Origin: Felis catus
Lineage: Eukaryota
Direction: 5' to 3'
Assembly: GCF_018350175.1 (NCBI RefSeq)
Contig: NC_058368.1
Coordinates: forward strand, 88,414,001 to 88,478,000
DNA length: 64,000 bases
In this document: one piece after another, positions 37,450 to 52,080 of the stretch
Position numbering within the stretch: the first letter of the stretch is position 1
Layout of the letters: each line of letters opens with the position of its first letter
Notes under the pieces: model-generated
What the model was told of the DNA's origin: nothing
What the model saw: only the letters and a program-made list of their open reading frames with translations
Database searches by the model: none
Position numbers and translations under genes: made by a program

Positions 37450-40400
37450 TAAGTTTTTATTTAAGTTTCATTTATTTAACATACAGGGTAAAATATACTC
37501 AAGGGTACAACATAGTGATTCAATACTTACATATAGCCAATCTCTTTCCCCACCTCCCTTGGGGTAAGTATTAGTTTGTTCTCTATAGTTAACGAGACTG
37601 TTTTTTAGTTTGTCTCTCCTTTATTTTCTCCCTGTGATCCTTTGTTTTGTTTCTTAAATAACACATATGACTGAAATCATATGGTATTTTACTTTCTCTG
37701 ACTGACTTACTTCTCTTAGCATATGCTCTCTAGCTTCATACACATTATTGCATATAACAAGTTTTATTCTTTTTGATGCCTGAGTTATATTCCATTGTGC
37801 ATAAAACAGCATCTTCTTTATCCATTCATCAGTTAAAGGATATTTGGGCTCGTTCCACAATTGGGCTATTGTTGATAATGGTGCTTTAAACATCTGGTAA
37901 ATGTTTCCCATCAAATCAGTATTGTTGTATCCTTTGGATAAATGTCTAGTATAGCAATCACTGGATTATAGGGTAACTCCTTTTTTGACTTTTTGAGGAA
38001 GCTTCATACTTTGTTCTTGAGTGCTTGTGCCCATTTGCATTCCTCCCAACACTGTAAGCGGGTTCCACTTTTTCCACATCCTTGTCAATACCTGTTGTTT
38101 CCAGTGTTGTTAATTTTAGCTATTGTGATTGTTGTAAGGTACCATCTTATTGTAGTTTTGATTTGTATTTCCCTGATGACGAGTGAGTTCAGCATGTTTT
38201 CATGTGTCTTTTAGCCATTTGGATGACTTCTTTAGAAGAATGTCTATTCATGTCTTCTGCCCATTAAAAATTTTTAAAAATGTTTATTCATTTTTGAAAG
38301 ACAGAGAGAGAGCACAAGCAGGGGTGGGGTGGAGAGAGACGGGGACACAGAATCCGAAGCAGGCTCCAGCTTCTGAGCTGTCAGCACAGAACCAGCCGTG
38401 GGGCTTGAACTCATGAACTACGGGACCATAACCTGAGCCGAAGTTGGACGCTCAATCAACTGAGCCACCCAGACGCCCCTTTTCTGCCCAGTTTTTAACT
38501 GGATTATTTGTTTTCTGGGGTGTTGAGATTAATAAGTTTTTTTATATGTTTAGGATAATAACCCTTTACTAAATATGTTATTTGCAAATATTTCTCCTGT
38601 TTCATAGGTTGCCTTTTAATTTCTTTGTTTCCTTCACTGTGCATAAGTTTTTCTTTTGATGAAGTCCCAGTAGTTTATTTTTGCTTTTATTTCCCATACC
38701 TCAGGAGTCATGTCTAGTAAAAGTTGCTATGGCTGATGTCAAAAAGATTACTTCCTGTGTTCTCTTCTCTAATTTAAAATTTTTTAAATGTTTATTTTTG
38801 AGAGAGTGAAAGAGAAGTTGAGTGGGGGAGGTGCATTTTAACTTTGTAACATTTAGACATTTTAACAATATTTGGTCTTGCAGTCCATGAGCATGGTATG
38901 TTTTTCCATTTGTTTTTGTCATCTTAAATCTCTCTCATATGTATTGTATAATTTTCTGAATACAGATATTTTATCAATGTGGTTAGTTTTATTCCTAGGT
39001 ATCTTATGGTTTTGCATTTTTAACAATGGGATTGATTCCTTGATTTCTCTTTCTGGTGCTTCATTATTGATGTACAGACATACAATAGATCTGTACATTG
39101 ATTTTGTATCACACAAATTTACTGAATTTATATACCAGTTGTAGCAATTTTGGGGGAGGAGTCTTTCATGTTTTCTACATTATGGATCATATCAGCTGAA
39201 AATAGTGAAAGTTTCACTTCTTCCTTGTTGATTTGGAAGCCTTTTATTTTTTTGTGTTGTCTGCTGTGGCTAAGACTTCCAGTACTATGTTAAATAACAG
39301 TGATGAGAATGAGAGGACATCCCTCTCTGGTACCTGACCATAGAGGAAATTTCTAAGTTCTTCCCCTTTGAAAATATTATTAGGTATGGGTTTTATATAC
39401 ATGGGCTGTGTATGTCAAGGTATGTTTCCTCTATCCCTACTTTGTGGAGGCTTTTTAAATCATGAAGAGATGATGTACTTTGTCAAATCCTTTTTCTGCA
39501 TCTATTGAAATGATCATATGGGTTTTATACTTTCTTTTACTATTTTGGTGTATCATGTATGGATTTGTGAATATTTGAACCACCTTTGAATCCCAGGAAT
39601 AAATCCCACTTGATCGTGGTGAATTATTCATTTAATGTAAGGTTGGATTCTGATTGCTGGTAAGTCTTCTTTGGAAAAGTGTCTATTTATGTCTTCTGCC
39701 CATTTCCTCACTGTATTACTTATTTTTTAGGTGTTGAGTTTGGTAAGCTTTTTATAGATTTTGGATACTAACCCTTTATCTGATATGTCATTTGCAAATA
39801 GCTTCTCCCATTCAGTTGGTTGCCTTTTAGTTTTGATGATTGTTTCCTTTGGAGTGCAGAAGCTTTTATCTTGATTAGGTCCCAATAGTTCATTTTTGTT
39901 TTTGTTTCTCTTGCCTCCTAAGACATGTCAAGTAAGAAGTTCCGAAGACAAATAGAGTTGTTGCCTGTGTTCTCATTTTGGATTTTGATGGTTTTCTGTC
40001 TCATGTTTAGGTCTTTCATCCATTTTGAGTTTATTTTTGATTATGGTGTAAGAAAGAGGTCCAGTTTCATTCTTCTGCATCTTGCTATCCAGGTCTCCCA
40101 GAACCATTTTCTAAAGGGACTTCTTTTTTCCATTGGATATTGGGTCCAATTCTGGGTTCTCTATTCTATTCCTTTGGTCTAGGTGTCTGTTTTTGTGCCA
40201 ATAAGATACTGTCTTGATGATTACAGCTTTGGTAATAGAGGCTAAAGTACAGATTGTGATGCTTCCCGCTTTGGTTTTCTTTTTCAACATTACTTTGGCT
40301 ATACGGGATCTTTTGTGGTTCCATATAAATTTTGGGATTGTTTGTCCTAGCTTTGAGAATTACAGTGCAGTTTTGATTGGGATTGCAATGAATGTGTAGA

Positions 40401-40570
40401 TTTCTTTGTGTAGTACTGACATTTTAACAATATTCTTCCAATTCATGAGCATGGAATGTTTTTCCATTTCTTCATGTCTTCTTCAATTTCTTTCATGAGT
40501 TTTCTATATTTTTCAACATACAGACATTTTACATCTTTGTTCAGGTTTACTCAGGAATTTTATGGTTCTT
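37450..40570 (-). mobile_element. Mosaic of antisense carnivore L1 pieces, with a Can-SINE at ~38270-38480
   Basis: Minus-strand peptides LSTIAQLWNEPKYPLTDEWIKK and LYINNEAPEREIKESIP; a discontinuity near 39660 where a second copy begins. Confidence 0.88.
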
Positions 40571-41199
40571 GAAGTGTATGTATAATTTCAACACACTTAA
40601 TTCTGAGCAATACCATTTGGAAGAAAATATCACTACATATGTGGTAGTCAGGAAAAACTAGAGGGGTTTATCTTATATATCCATTCTTTATGTTTTGGGA
40701 AAATCCCAAAATCTTGTTGGTAGTGAGTTTTCTATCATAAACAAGATACCAGGAAATTATATCAATATTCTTCCACAAGTATGACAGATCTTTTATAATC
40801 TTGTCTCAAGGCATCAGAGTAAAAAAAATGGGAGTCACACCAAATGTGTAAACATTGAATTTGGAAGAATTCTTGGAAATTAAAATTTTGAAGAATATGT
40901 TCCCTCTTCTTTATGTATGTTGACTAGGATCAGTTGAGCTTTATCCTAACATTTTTCTCCCTAAAGGATGGAATGTAGAATTTTAATATGAGTTTTTAAG
41001 GCAAAAACGTACTACTGTTCCAAAATATAAAGGCTCACTGATGATAGGAATTTTGAGGGCTTGATGACCTCACATATCATAAATGGAAAAAACCTTTCTT
41101 CTCATTGTATATTTATTCTCTCTTGATTTAATTTCTCTCACATTCTTAATTAAATAAATCTGGACATTAAACGTCACTGCCACTGTGTTGAGAACTAGT

Positions 41200-41900
41200 T
41201 AACAATGCAGGAATCAATGTATGTAAAGGGGAAACCACTTAAATTGTTAATTTGGTTCAAACTGGTACAGCCACTCTGGAAAACAGTATGGAAGTTCTTC
41301 AAAAACTTAAAAATTGAACTAACCTACAAACTGGCACTACTAGGTATTTACCCAAAGGATACAAAATACCTATTGGAAGGGGAACATGAATGCTGATATT
41401 CATAGCATCATTGTCAACAATAGCCAAGTTATGGAAAGACCCCATGTGTCCATTGACTGATGAACAGATAAAAGAGATGTGGTATATACATGCAATGGAA
41501 TATTGCTCAGTCATAAAAAGAATGAAATCTACCACTTGCAACAACGTGTATGGAGCTAGAGAATATTATGCTAAATGAAGCAAGTCAGAAAAAGACAAAC
41601 ACGATGTGATTTCCCTCAGATGTGGTATTTAAGAGACAGAGCAAATGAACATAGAGGGAAGAATGAGAGGCAAGTGGAAAAAAAAAACAGACTCTTAACT
41701 GTAGAGACAAACTGATTGTTAGTAAAAGGGAGGTGGGTGAGGGGTTGAGTTAAATAGGTGATAGGGATTAAGGAGTACACTTGTGATGAATACTGGGTGT
41801 TGTATGTGAGTGCTGATTCAATAAATTCTACACCTAAAACAAATATTACACTGCATGTTAACTAATGGGAATTTACATAAAAAATGATTTTAAAAAAAGT
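41200..41900 (+). mobile_element. L1 3' end
   Basis: [31 protein letters not shown]; 3' UTR and A tail. Confidence 0.88.
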
Positions 41901-42291
41901 CGCTCTTCCTAATGAATTCATACAGTAGAATTTGTAAAATTTAAATTTCAACATCTAAATTGAAATATACTTGTCACATATGTAAATAAACATTTTTGTA
42001 TAAAAGTTACAAATGGAAACTATCAGAGAGTGAAGAGATAGGAGATTAAGAGTATAGCTTTGATAATAAGGGATACTATCACTTTCAAATTTGAAAATTA
42101 CTATTATCTCATAACAAATTTACTCTAATGAACATTTTTTATTCCATATAAAAAATTATTAAAATTAATTGATTTAACATAGTATTTGAAATCATGATGG
42201 ATATTGCAAACTCCCATTAATGAAGGTAGTCATTAACTTTAGAAAAGATATGATGAATATTAAAAGTTGATAATTACAGACAGTATACTTT

Positions 42292-42705
42292 TTTAAAAAT
42301 TTTATTTTAATTCAAGTTAGTTAACATACACTGTAATATTATTTTTTTCAGGAGTGGAAACCAGTGATTCATCACATACATAAAATACCCAGTACTCATC
42401 CCAAAAAGCTGCCCTCCTTAATGACCATCACCAATTTAGTCTGTCCTCCCCACCTACCTCCCCTCCAGCAACCCTGCTTCTTCTCCGTATTTAAGAATCT
42501 CTTATGATTTACCTCTCTCTCTCTCTGTTTTTATCTTACTTTTCCATGCCTCCCCTATGTTCATCTATTTTGGTTCTTAAATTCCACATATGAGTGCGAT
42601 AATATATTTCTCTTTCTCTTACTTATTTCACTTAGCATAATACACTATAATTCCATCCACATCATTTCAAATGGCAAGATTTCATTTTTATCACTAATAT
42701 TCCAT

Positions 42706-42744
<39 letters not shown>

Positions 42745-43260
42745 ATACACACACACACACCACATCCTCTTTAATCATTTGTCAGTCGATGGACTTTTGG
42801 CTCTTTCCATAATTTGGCTATTGTTGACAACACTGCTATAAACATGGGGTGCATGTACCTTTTCAAATTGACACTTTTTATCCTTTGGATAAATGCCTAG
42901 CTAGTAGTACAATTGCTGGGTCATAAGATAACCCTTATTTTAATTTTTTGAGGAACTTCCATACTGTTTTCCAGAGTGGTTGCACCAGTTTGCCTTCTTA
43001 CCAACAGTGCAAAAGGATTCCCCTTTCACCACATCCTTGCCAACATGTGTTGTTTCCTGAATTGTTCATTTTAGCCATTCTGACAGGTGTGAGGAGGTAT
43101 CTCATTGTGGTTCTGACTTATGTTACCCTGATGGTGAGTGGTGTTGAACATAATTTCATGTGTCTATTAGCCATCTGGATGTCTTCATTGAAAAAAGTGT
43201 CTATTCATGTCTTCTTCCCATTTCTTTACTGAATTATTTGTTTTTTGTGTGTTGAGAGAG
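42292..43260 (-). mobile_element. Antisense L1 3' end with (CA)n
   Basis: T-rich start, reverse 3' UTR, gaggaacttccatactgttttccagagtgg. Confidence 0.88.
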
Positions 43261-43579
43261 ATGCATATATCTTTTTGAATTATTGATGTAATATTCTTTG
43301 GGTAAGTATCCAGTATTGGAATTACTTGATCATGTGGTAATTGTATTTTTAATTTTATAAAATTCTACATAATGTATAATTATGTTTATATATAATCATT
43401 TTGTGTATAATTGGATAAAATTCATATTGTTTAATTATTGAGCCTATGAATAGAGAAATATACATTTTCCAATATGTGCAAAAATGGCTGAATGTGAGTA
43501 ATCTCATATTGCATTCAGTATGTGGCTCCAGACAATAGCTTGAGTGTACAGAAACAAAAAAGAAAAATTATGGAGAAAA

Positions 43580-46500
43580 GCTAGGAAAATGGCAAAGTAG
43601 GAGAACCCTAAGTTTGTCTCATTCCATTGATACAACTAGATACTCACATCAGTGTAAATAACCCAGAAAAGGACCCAAAGACTGGCAGAACAAACTTAAC
43701 AACTAAAGATAGAGAGGAAGTGATATCAAAGAGGGTAGGAAGGGCAGTTATGTGGTAGGGAGCAGACATTTGCCTCATTTCCTGCCCTACAGTGAACCTC
43801 CCCCAGAAAAAATAAGCAAATGTTACCAACTCATATCTCTACCCACATGATTTGCAAGGCCTCGGTACTTCTGGGGGCTGTGACTGTGCTGGCATAGAGG
43901 TGGCTGCTATGCAAGTTGAGGTGAATCTTGGCAAAATTGCATATACCCCATACCCACTTCCCAGAAACACTTAGGTCTTTCAGGTGCCAGAAGCAGTGGT
44001 TTCAGACCTCATTTAACAAGCAGACCAGCACGTCAATTGTTAAAATGCACTTCACCTAAGGCTGGGAATAAAACACCCCACCACAGGCAAGGAGAGCCAC
44101 TGCAGACAACTGGACTTAAGGAAAAAAGTAACCCACAACAGGGCACAGAGTACACACATAAGAGACAATCCTTAAGTGCCAGGTCACAATGCACAGGGGG
44201 CACTGTACTGCAGGGACTACAGGAACTTTTCTCAATGAGAACATCACCTTCCAGAGCAAGAGATGTAGCTGACTTTCTTAACAGACAGAAACAGACACAG
44301 AGAGTTAAACAAAATGAGACAGAGGAATATGTCCTAAATAAAAGAACAGGACTAATCAGCAGGAGACCTAACTGCAACAAATGTAAGTAATGTTCCTGAT
44401 AGAGAAATTAAAATAATGATCATAAAGATACCGACAGGACCTGAGAAAAGAGTGTATGACCTCAGTGAGACACTAAAGGAAGAGACAAAAGAGAACCAAT
44501 TGGAGATAAAGAACATGATAAATAAAAATGAAATTGGTATAATAAGTAGCATACTAGAGGAAGCAGAGAAATGAATTTATGATCTAGAAAACAGAATAAT
44601 GGAAGCAGATGAGAGAAGAAAATTTCACAAAATTAGAATAGACTTTAATTCAACAAATCCATCAAGACTAATAACATTCACCTTACAGAAATCCCAAAAA
44701 GAGAAAAGAAATAAAGTGGGGGCAGAAAATATATTTGAAGAAACAATAATGGAAATCATTCATAATTTGGGGAAAGAAACAGATATCCAGATCTATGAGA
44801 CACAGAGATACCCCCAACATATTTAACCCAAGGAAGTCCACACCAACACACAGAGTAATCAAAATAGAAAACAGTAGTGATAAAGAAAAAAAATAGCAGC
44901 AAGAGGAAAGACTAAAGTAATATCCAAGGGAAATCCATGGGCTATCAAAAGATTTTTCAGCAGAAACTTTGCAGGCAAGGAAGGACTGGCATGACATATT
45001 CAAAATGCTGAAACAGAAAACTCTGTCACTTAGAATGTTCTACTTGTCAAGGATATCATTCAGCATAGGAGAGATAAAGAGTTTCTCAGATAAACAAAAA
45101 CTAAAGGAGTTCATGACCATTAACCAGTCCTGCAAGACTTGTTGAAGGGGACTTGGGGTGAAAAGAAAAGACCATGAATAAGAATTTGAAAAATAGGAAA
45201 CACAAAATCAGTAAAAATAAGTATTTCTGTAAAAAGAAGCCTGGCATTCACAAAATACAGGATGTAAAATATGACGCCATATATGTAAATCATGGTAAGG
45301 AGAGGAGTATGAACTGGCTCAAATGTAAGCAGCCATCAACTTGATAGACAGTGCTATAATATATGTTATAAACAAACAAAATGTTAACCCCAAATGAAAA
45401 CCTGTAGCAGATACGCTAAGAAAAAGAAAAGGTATGCAAATATATTACTGAAAAAAAAATAAAAAGAAAACCATGAAAGAGACAGAAACAAACAAAAAGA
45501 CCAAAATCCAAGAGTTAGAGAAAAACTATAAAACAACCACACAACAAGTAACAAAATAGCAATGACTACATATCTATGAATAATTACTTTGAATGTAAGT
45601 GGACAAAATAGTCCAATCAAAAGACATAGGTGATAGAGGGAATAAAACATAAGTAAAAACCTATATGGTCTCCATAAGTAACTCACTTCAGACCTAGACA
45701 CCTTCAGACTGAAAGTGATGGGATGGAGAAACATTTATCAAGCAAATGGATCTCTAAAGGAAAGCCAGGGTAGCAATATTAATATAAGAAAAAAACACTT
45801 TATTTTTAATAGAAATTTCTCCTTTTGATGTTTATTTATTTTCGAGAGACAGAGAGAAACAGAGCATGAGTGGGGGAGGGGCAGAGAGGGAGCGAGACAC
45901 AGAATCTAAAGCAGACTCCAGGCTCTGAGCTGTCAGCACAGAGCCCAACACGGGCTCAAACTCACCTGAGCCAAAGTTGGATGCTCAACCAACTGAGCCA
46001 CCCAGATGCCCCAGAAAAAATACACTTTAAATCAAGGACTGTAACAAGAGACAAAGGAGGGCGCTATATAATAATAAAGGGGACAATTCACCAAGAAGAT
46101 GTGACAACTGTAAATATTTATGTTCTTCACATGGGAGCAAATAATACATAAAACAGTCAATAAGAAACATAAAGTAATCCATAGTAATAAAATTATAGTA
46201 AGGCACTTTAATACCCCACTTATTTGGAGGAACAGATAATCTGAATAGAAAACCAACAAAGAGACAGTGGCTTTGAAGGACACATTGGACCAGATGGATT
46301 TAACAGATATATACAGAACATTCCATCCTAAAACAGCAGAATACACATTCTTTTCAAGTGCACATGGAACACTCTCCAGAATAGATCGCATAATAGATCA
46401 CAAAACAAGTCTCAACAAATTCACAAAGATCAACATCATATGATACATATTTCCTTTCCACAACACTGTAAAACTAGAAATCAACCACGATAATAATTCT

Positions 46501-47030
46501 GGAAAGACCACATATACATGGAAGTTAAATAACATTCTATGAAATAATGGATGGGTCAACGAAGAAATCAAAAAAATAAAAAATTGTATGTAAAGTGAAA
46601 ATAAAACCAAATGGTCCAAACCCTTTGGGATGCAGCAACAGCAGTTCTAAGAGGGAAGTTTATGGCAATATAGGCTAATTCAAGAAGCAAGAAAATCCTC
46701 AAGTAAATAACCTAACCTTACATGTAAAGGAGCTAGAAAAAGAGCAAACAAAACCCCAAACCAGCAGAAGAAAGGAAATAATAAAGATTAGAACAGAAAT
46801 CAATGATATGGAAACTAAATGATATGGAAACCAAAGATCAATGAAACCAAAAGATTGTTTCTAGGAAGATTAGTGAAATTTATAAACCTCTAGCCAGAGT
46901 CATAAAAAGAGAAATAGAGATAGATACGATTCAAATTAACAAAATCACAAAGGATAGAGGAGAAATAACAACGATAGATACTGATATGAGTATCTATCTA
47001 ACAATGATAGAGGAGAAATAATAACATGTA
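43580..47030 (+). mobile_element. Older carnivore L1, 5' half only (5' UTR, ORF1, endonuclease), with a Can-SINE at ~45825-46012
   Basis: AENIFEETIMEIIHNLGKETDIQ (ORF1), TRDKGGRYIIIKGTIHQED and ttcttttcaagtgcacatggaac (EN); stops before the RT domain. Confidence 0.88.
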
Positions 47031-47095
47031 TGTATTGAAATGATAATTTTTTCTTCTATACTTTGAATATGGTGCATTACATTAATTATTTGATA

Positions 47096-48447
47096 TTTTT
47101 TTTCAATATATGAAATTTATTGTCAAATTGGTTTCCATACAACACCCAGTGCTCATCCCAAAAGGTGCCCTCCTCAATACCCATCACCCACCCTCCCCTC
47201 CCTCCCACCCCCCATCAACCCTCAGTTTGTTCTCAGTTTTTAAGAGTCTCTTATGCTTTGGCTTTCTCCCACTCTAACCTCTTTTTTTTTTCCTTCCCCT
47301 CCTCCATGGGTTTCTGTTAAGTTTCTCAGGATCCACGTAAGAGTGAAAACATGGTATCTGTCTTTTTCTGTATGGCTTATTTCACTTAGCATCACACTCT
47401 CCAGTTCCATCCACATTGCTACAAAGGGCCATATTTCGTTCTTTCTCATTGCCACGTAGTACTCCATTGTGTATATAAACCACAATTTCTTTATCCATTC
47501 ATCAGTTGATGGACATTTAGCCTCTTTCCATAATTTTGCTATTGTTGAGAGTGCTGCTATAAACATTGGGGTACAAGTGCCCCTATGTATCAATACTCCT
47601 GTATCCCTTGGGTAAATTCCTAGCAGTGCTATTGCTGGGTCATAGGGTAGGTCTATTTTTAATTTTCTGAGGAACCTCCACACTGCTTTCCAGAGCGGCT
47701 GCACCAATTTGCATTCCCACCAACAATGCAAGAGGGTTCCTGTTTCTCCACATCCTCGCCAGCATCTATAGTCTCCTGATTTGTTCATTTTGGCCACTCT
47801 GACTGGCGTGAAGTGATATCTGAGTGTGGTTTTGATTTGTATTTCCCTGATGAGGAGCGACGTTGAGCATCTTTTCATGTGCCTGTTGGCCATCCGGATG
47901 TCTTCTTTAGAGAACTGTCTATTCATGTTTTCTGCCCATTTCTTCACTGGGTTATTTGTTTCTCGGGTGTGGAGTTTGATGAGATCTTTATAGATTTTGG
48001 ATACTAGCCCTTTGTCCGATATGTCATTTGCAAATATCTTTTCCCATTCCGTTGGTTGCCTTTTAGTTTTGTTGGTTGTTTCCTTTGCTGTGCAGAAGCT
48101 TTTTATCTTCATAAGGTCCCAGCAATTCATTTTTGCTTTTAATTCCCTTGCCTTTGGGGATGTATCAAGTAAGAGATTGCTATGGCTGAGGTCAGAGAGG
48201 TCTTTTCCTGTATTCTCCTCTAGGGTTTTGATGGTTTCCTGTCTCACATTCAGGTCCTTTATCCATTTTGAGTTTATTTTTGTGAATGGTGTGAGAAAGT
48301 GGTCTAGTTTCAACCTTCTGCATGTTGCTGTCCAGTTCTCCCAGCACCATTTGTTAAAGAGACTGTCTTTTTTCCATTGGATGTTCTTTCCTGCTTTGTC
48401 AAAGATTAGTTGGCCATACGTTTGTGGGTCTAGTCCTGGGGTTTCTA
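47096..48447 (-). mobile_element. Young 5'-truncated felid L1
   Basis: Uninterrupted 357-codon ORF2 C-terminal frame (47240-48313, [20 protein letters not shown]), 3' UTR, poly-T at ~47096; no TSD seen. Confidence 0.95.
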
Positions 48448-48493
48448 CAAATTCTGGAGATTAAGTTATTTGGATATAGTTGGATATGGTTGG

Positions 48494-48532
<39 letters not shown>

Positions 48533-49186
48533 CACATATACATATACATATATATATACATATACATATATATATATGTAGAGAGACAGAGACAGAGACA
48601 GAGAGACATAGAGAGAGAGATAGAAAGATACAAACAACATTTTCACAGTCATGGCAGGATAATGTGCTCAGTATTCATACACTATGGTGCATAAATTTCC
48701 TCTTTAGAAAGAATTGCTTTACTGTTCCGCATTACACTGTTTAATATTCAGCACTGAGAATGGTGATGTACATACAGAGGACTCATAAGCATTTGTATAG
48801 TTCAACTGAAATAATTTTATATTAATGGGGAAATTTATCAAAATAAACAATTGGGAGAAAATACTTTCCAGATCAGATATTCTAACACTTTCTATTTTTC
48901 CACCTGACAGGATCTTTCTGAGTGCTGTAAATTCAACATAATCTCCTCACCTTAAAGACATATGATTATCAAATTTCCTTCTATCTATAGCCTTAATTCT
49001 CACTGTTGCATAACCTTGTGTGTTCACATTACAGTACTAGAAATTGGATGTGGACATCCTCGAGGAGTGTACATAAACAGTTATTTTTGACATAAATTCT
49101 GTTAACATGTTTATTCAACATGAACCTGTATCAATCTCTTTTTTTAAGTTAATTTATTTTTGAGAGAGAGAGAGAGAGAAGGGAAG

Positions 49187-49217
<31 letters not shown>

Positions 49218-49570
49218 ATCTCAAACAGCCTCCAAGCTGTCAAAGCAGAGCCCAAGGCAGGGCTCAAAGTCAGGAAATGTGAGATCATGACCTGAACTAA
49301 AATCAAAAGTCAGGCACTTAAGCACCTAAGCTACCCAGGCACCACCACCATTCCCCTATTTTTTTTAAGTTGGCTCACTCTCTTTTATTTTCCATTGCAG
49401 AAATCTCTTCTATAACCTTAGGAGGGAATTACTGAAGAACAAGCTCTCAATTTTCAAGAGGAAAAACACACATTTCTCTATGTCATATGTGAATTTCCAT
49501 CCAAATGTGCAAATCTTTTTCATACAACTTCATTTAATAGAAGCACATCATCCCTGCATTTAAAAATATT
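48448..49570 (-). other. Paralogous copy of the V1R 5' flank (cf. 61120-62110), with a Can-SINE at ~49140-49345
   Basis: Collinear shared blocks: atagtt(c/g)aactg..taatgggg, aattca(a/g)cataatctc..accttaaa, agggaatt(a/g)ctgaaga..ctcaattttcaag, ttcatttaata. Confidence 0.8.
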
Positions 49571-50179
49571 TAAGTCTCCTGTTGATATCAAGAGTGGGTC
49601 CAACGTCAACTGTTGGGAACTATTGTGGAAGTTTGCCTTTGCTGTTTACTCCCTCTTCTTTCTTCCTCAGTAGTGTTACAGCTCTTGCTTCAGAATCTTG
49701 CTACAATAAGATAATATAGGTTCAGATGCAAACAACACATCAAAGAGCTACGTTTCTTGAATTTGCTAGTGATGTGCCCCTTAATGAGAAATATAAATAG
49801 AAATTTCCAAACATAGTAAACTGCCAGAAACATCTGGAATCCATGTGAAAAATACACATTCCCAAGCCTTCTCCTGAAGATTCTGATTCATTAGAACTCA
49901 GGTGGGGTTGAGTAAAGCAAAATTAGCCAAAGCTTGAAAACAGTGACCTAGAGAATGACTCTTTAATTGTAGATTTTGGGCATCACTAAGTAAAAGGTTT
50001 TGTTTGTTTGTTTTTGTTTGTTTTTATTTTTTATTTTATTTTTTCTGACAAGGCTGTCATCAGGTTGTGGTGATGATTTTAAAATTGTTTCCTCCTGGGA
50101 ATCAGGGAGTTAAAGTAGCATGTTTTGCGATTTTACTACAAAATACTTACAACTGATCATCTGGCTTTCAAAAGATCTG

Positions 50180-52080
50180 GCTTTACCCAAAGGATACGAA
50201 AATACAGATTCAAAGGGACACATGCACCCTGATGTTTATAGCAGCATTATCAACAATAGTTAAATTATGAAAAGAGCCAAAATATCCATGGGCTGATGAG
50301 TGTATAAAGGAGAAGTGGTGTATATATATAATAGTTATTACTCAGCCATCAAAAAGAATGAAATCTTGCCATTTGCAATGATGTGGATGGAACTAGAGAG
50401 TTTTATGCTAAGTGACATAAGTCAGAGAAAGACAAATATCATATGATTATGCTCATACATGGAATTTAAGAACAAAACAGATGAATATGGGAAAGGAAAA
50501 AAGGAGAGGGAAATGAACTATACATATATATATATATATACATATGTGTGTGTGTGTGTGTGCATGCGCACACACACATTCAGTGCATATGGTGTGCTCT
50601 TCGCGTCAGAAGTAGATTCCCATGACTCATCACTTACATAAAACACCTAATGCTCATCCCAACAAGTGCCCTCCTCAATGGCCATCATCTATTTTCCCTG
50701 CCCTCTGCTCCCCCCCGCCACTCAATGGAATGGGAGAAGATATTTGCAAATGACATATCAAAAAAAGGGTTCGAATCCAAAATATATAAAGAACTTAACA
50801 AACTCAGCACTTGAAAAACAAATAATTTGGTGAAGAAATGGGCAGAAGTCATGAGTAAACATTTTCCCAAAGAAGATATCCAACTGGCTAATAGACACAT
50901 GAAAAGATGCTCAAAATCACTCATCATCATTAGGGAAATACATATCAAAACTACACCGAGATACATCATCACACTGGTCAGAGTGGCTAAAATTAACAAC
51001 TCAGGAAACAAAATATAGAGAAAGTGGAACTTTTTGCATTGTTGGTGGGAATGCATACTGGTGCAGACACTCGGGGAAACAGTGTGGAAGTTCCTCAAAA
51101 ACGTATAGATTGAATATCCTTACAATCCCTCCATAGCACTACTTGGAATTTATCCAGAGGATACAAGAGTGTTGATTCATAGGGACACATGTATCCCAAT
51201 GTTGATAGCATAGCTGCCAACAATAGCCAAATTATGGAAAGAGCCAAATCCATCAACTGATGGGTGGATAAAGAAGATGTGGTATATAGACACAGTGGAA
51301 TTGTACTTGGCAACGAAAAAGAATGAAATCTTACTATTTACAATAGCATGAATGGAACTTGAGGATATTATGCTAAGTGAAATTAGTCACTTAGAGAAAG
51401 ACAAACATCATATGTTTTCACTCATATGTGGAAGTTGAGAAACTTAGCAGAAAACCATCGGGGAAGGGAAAGAAAAAAATCTATACATGGAGGCAAGCCA
51501 TAAGAGACTTTTAAATACAGAGAACAAACTTAGGGTGAAAGAGAGTAGAAAGGCGGGGGGTGACAGTCTCTTTAGCAAATGGTGCTGGGCAAACTGGAGA
51601 GCAACATGCAGAAGAATGAACTTGGACCATTTTCTTATAATTCAAAATGACTCAATTTTAACTCAATAATTCAAATTCAAAATGAATGAAAGTTCTAAAT
51701 GTGAGACTGTAAATCATCAAAATCCTGGAAGAGAAAATAGGCAACAACCTCTTTGACCTTAGCTGCAGCGACTTCTTGACACATCTCCAAAGGCAAGGGA
51801 AATAAAAGCAAAAATGAACTGTTGGGACCTCATCAAGATAAAAACTTCTGCACAGCAAAGGACACAATCAACAAAAATAAAAGAGACTCTTAAATATAGA
51901 AAACAAACTGAGAGTTGTTGGAGGGGAGGTAGGTAGGGGATGGGTAATGTGTATTAAGGAAGGCACTTGTTAGGATGTGCACTGGGTTTATATGTAAGTG
52001 ATGAATCACTGGATTTTACTGCTGAAACCAATGCTAAATTTTATGTTAACTAACTAGAAATCAAATAAAAATGTGAAAAA
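50180..52080 (+). mobile_element. L1 3' end interrupted by a rearranged second L1
   Basis: Host 3' end at 50180-50520 resumes at ~51882; insert has a minus 3' UTR piece and two plus pieces. Confidence 0.8.

Noticed and set aside
41900..42290. Possible paralogue of the V1R 3' flank (59700-60050)
   Set aside because: Similarity too weak to separate from shared AT-richness without an alignment.
47240..48313. 357-aa ORF as a host gene
   Set aside because: It is the C-terminus of L1 ORF2 in a 5'-truncated copy.
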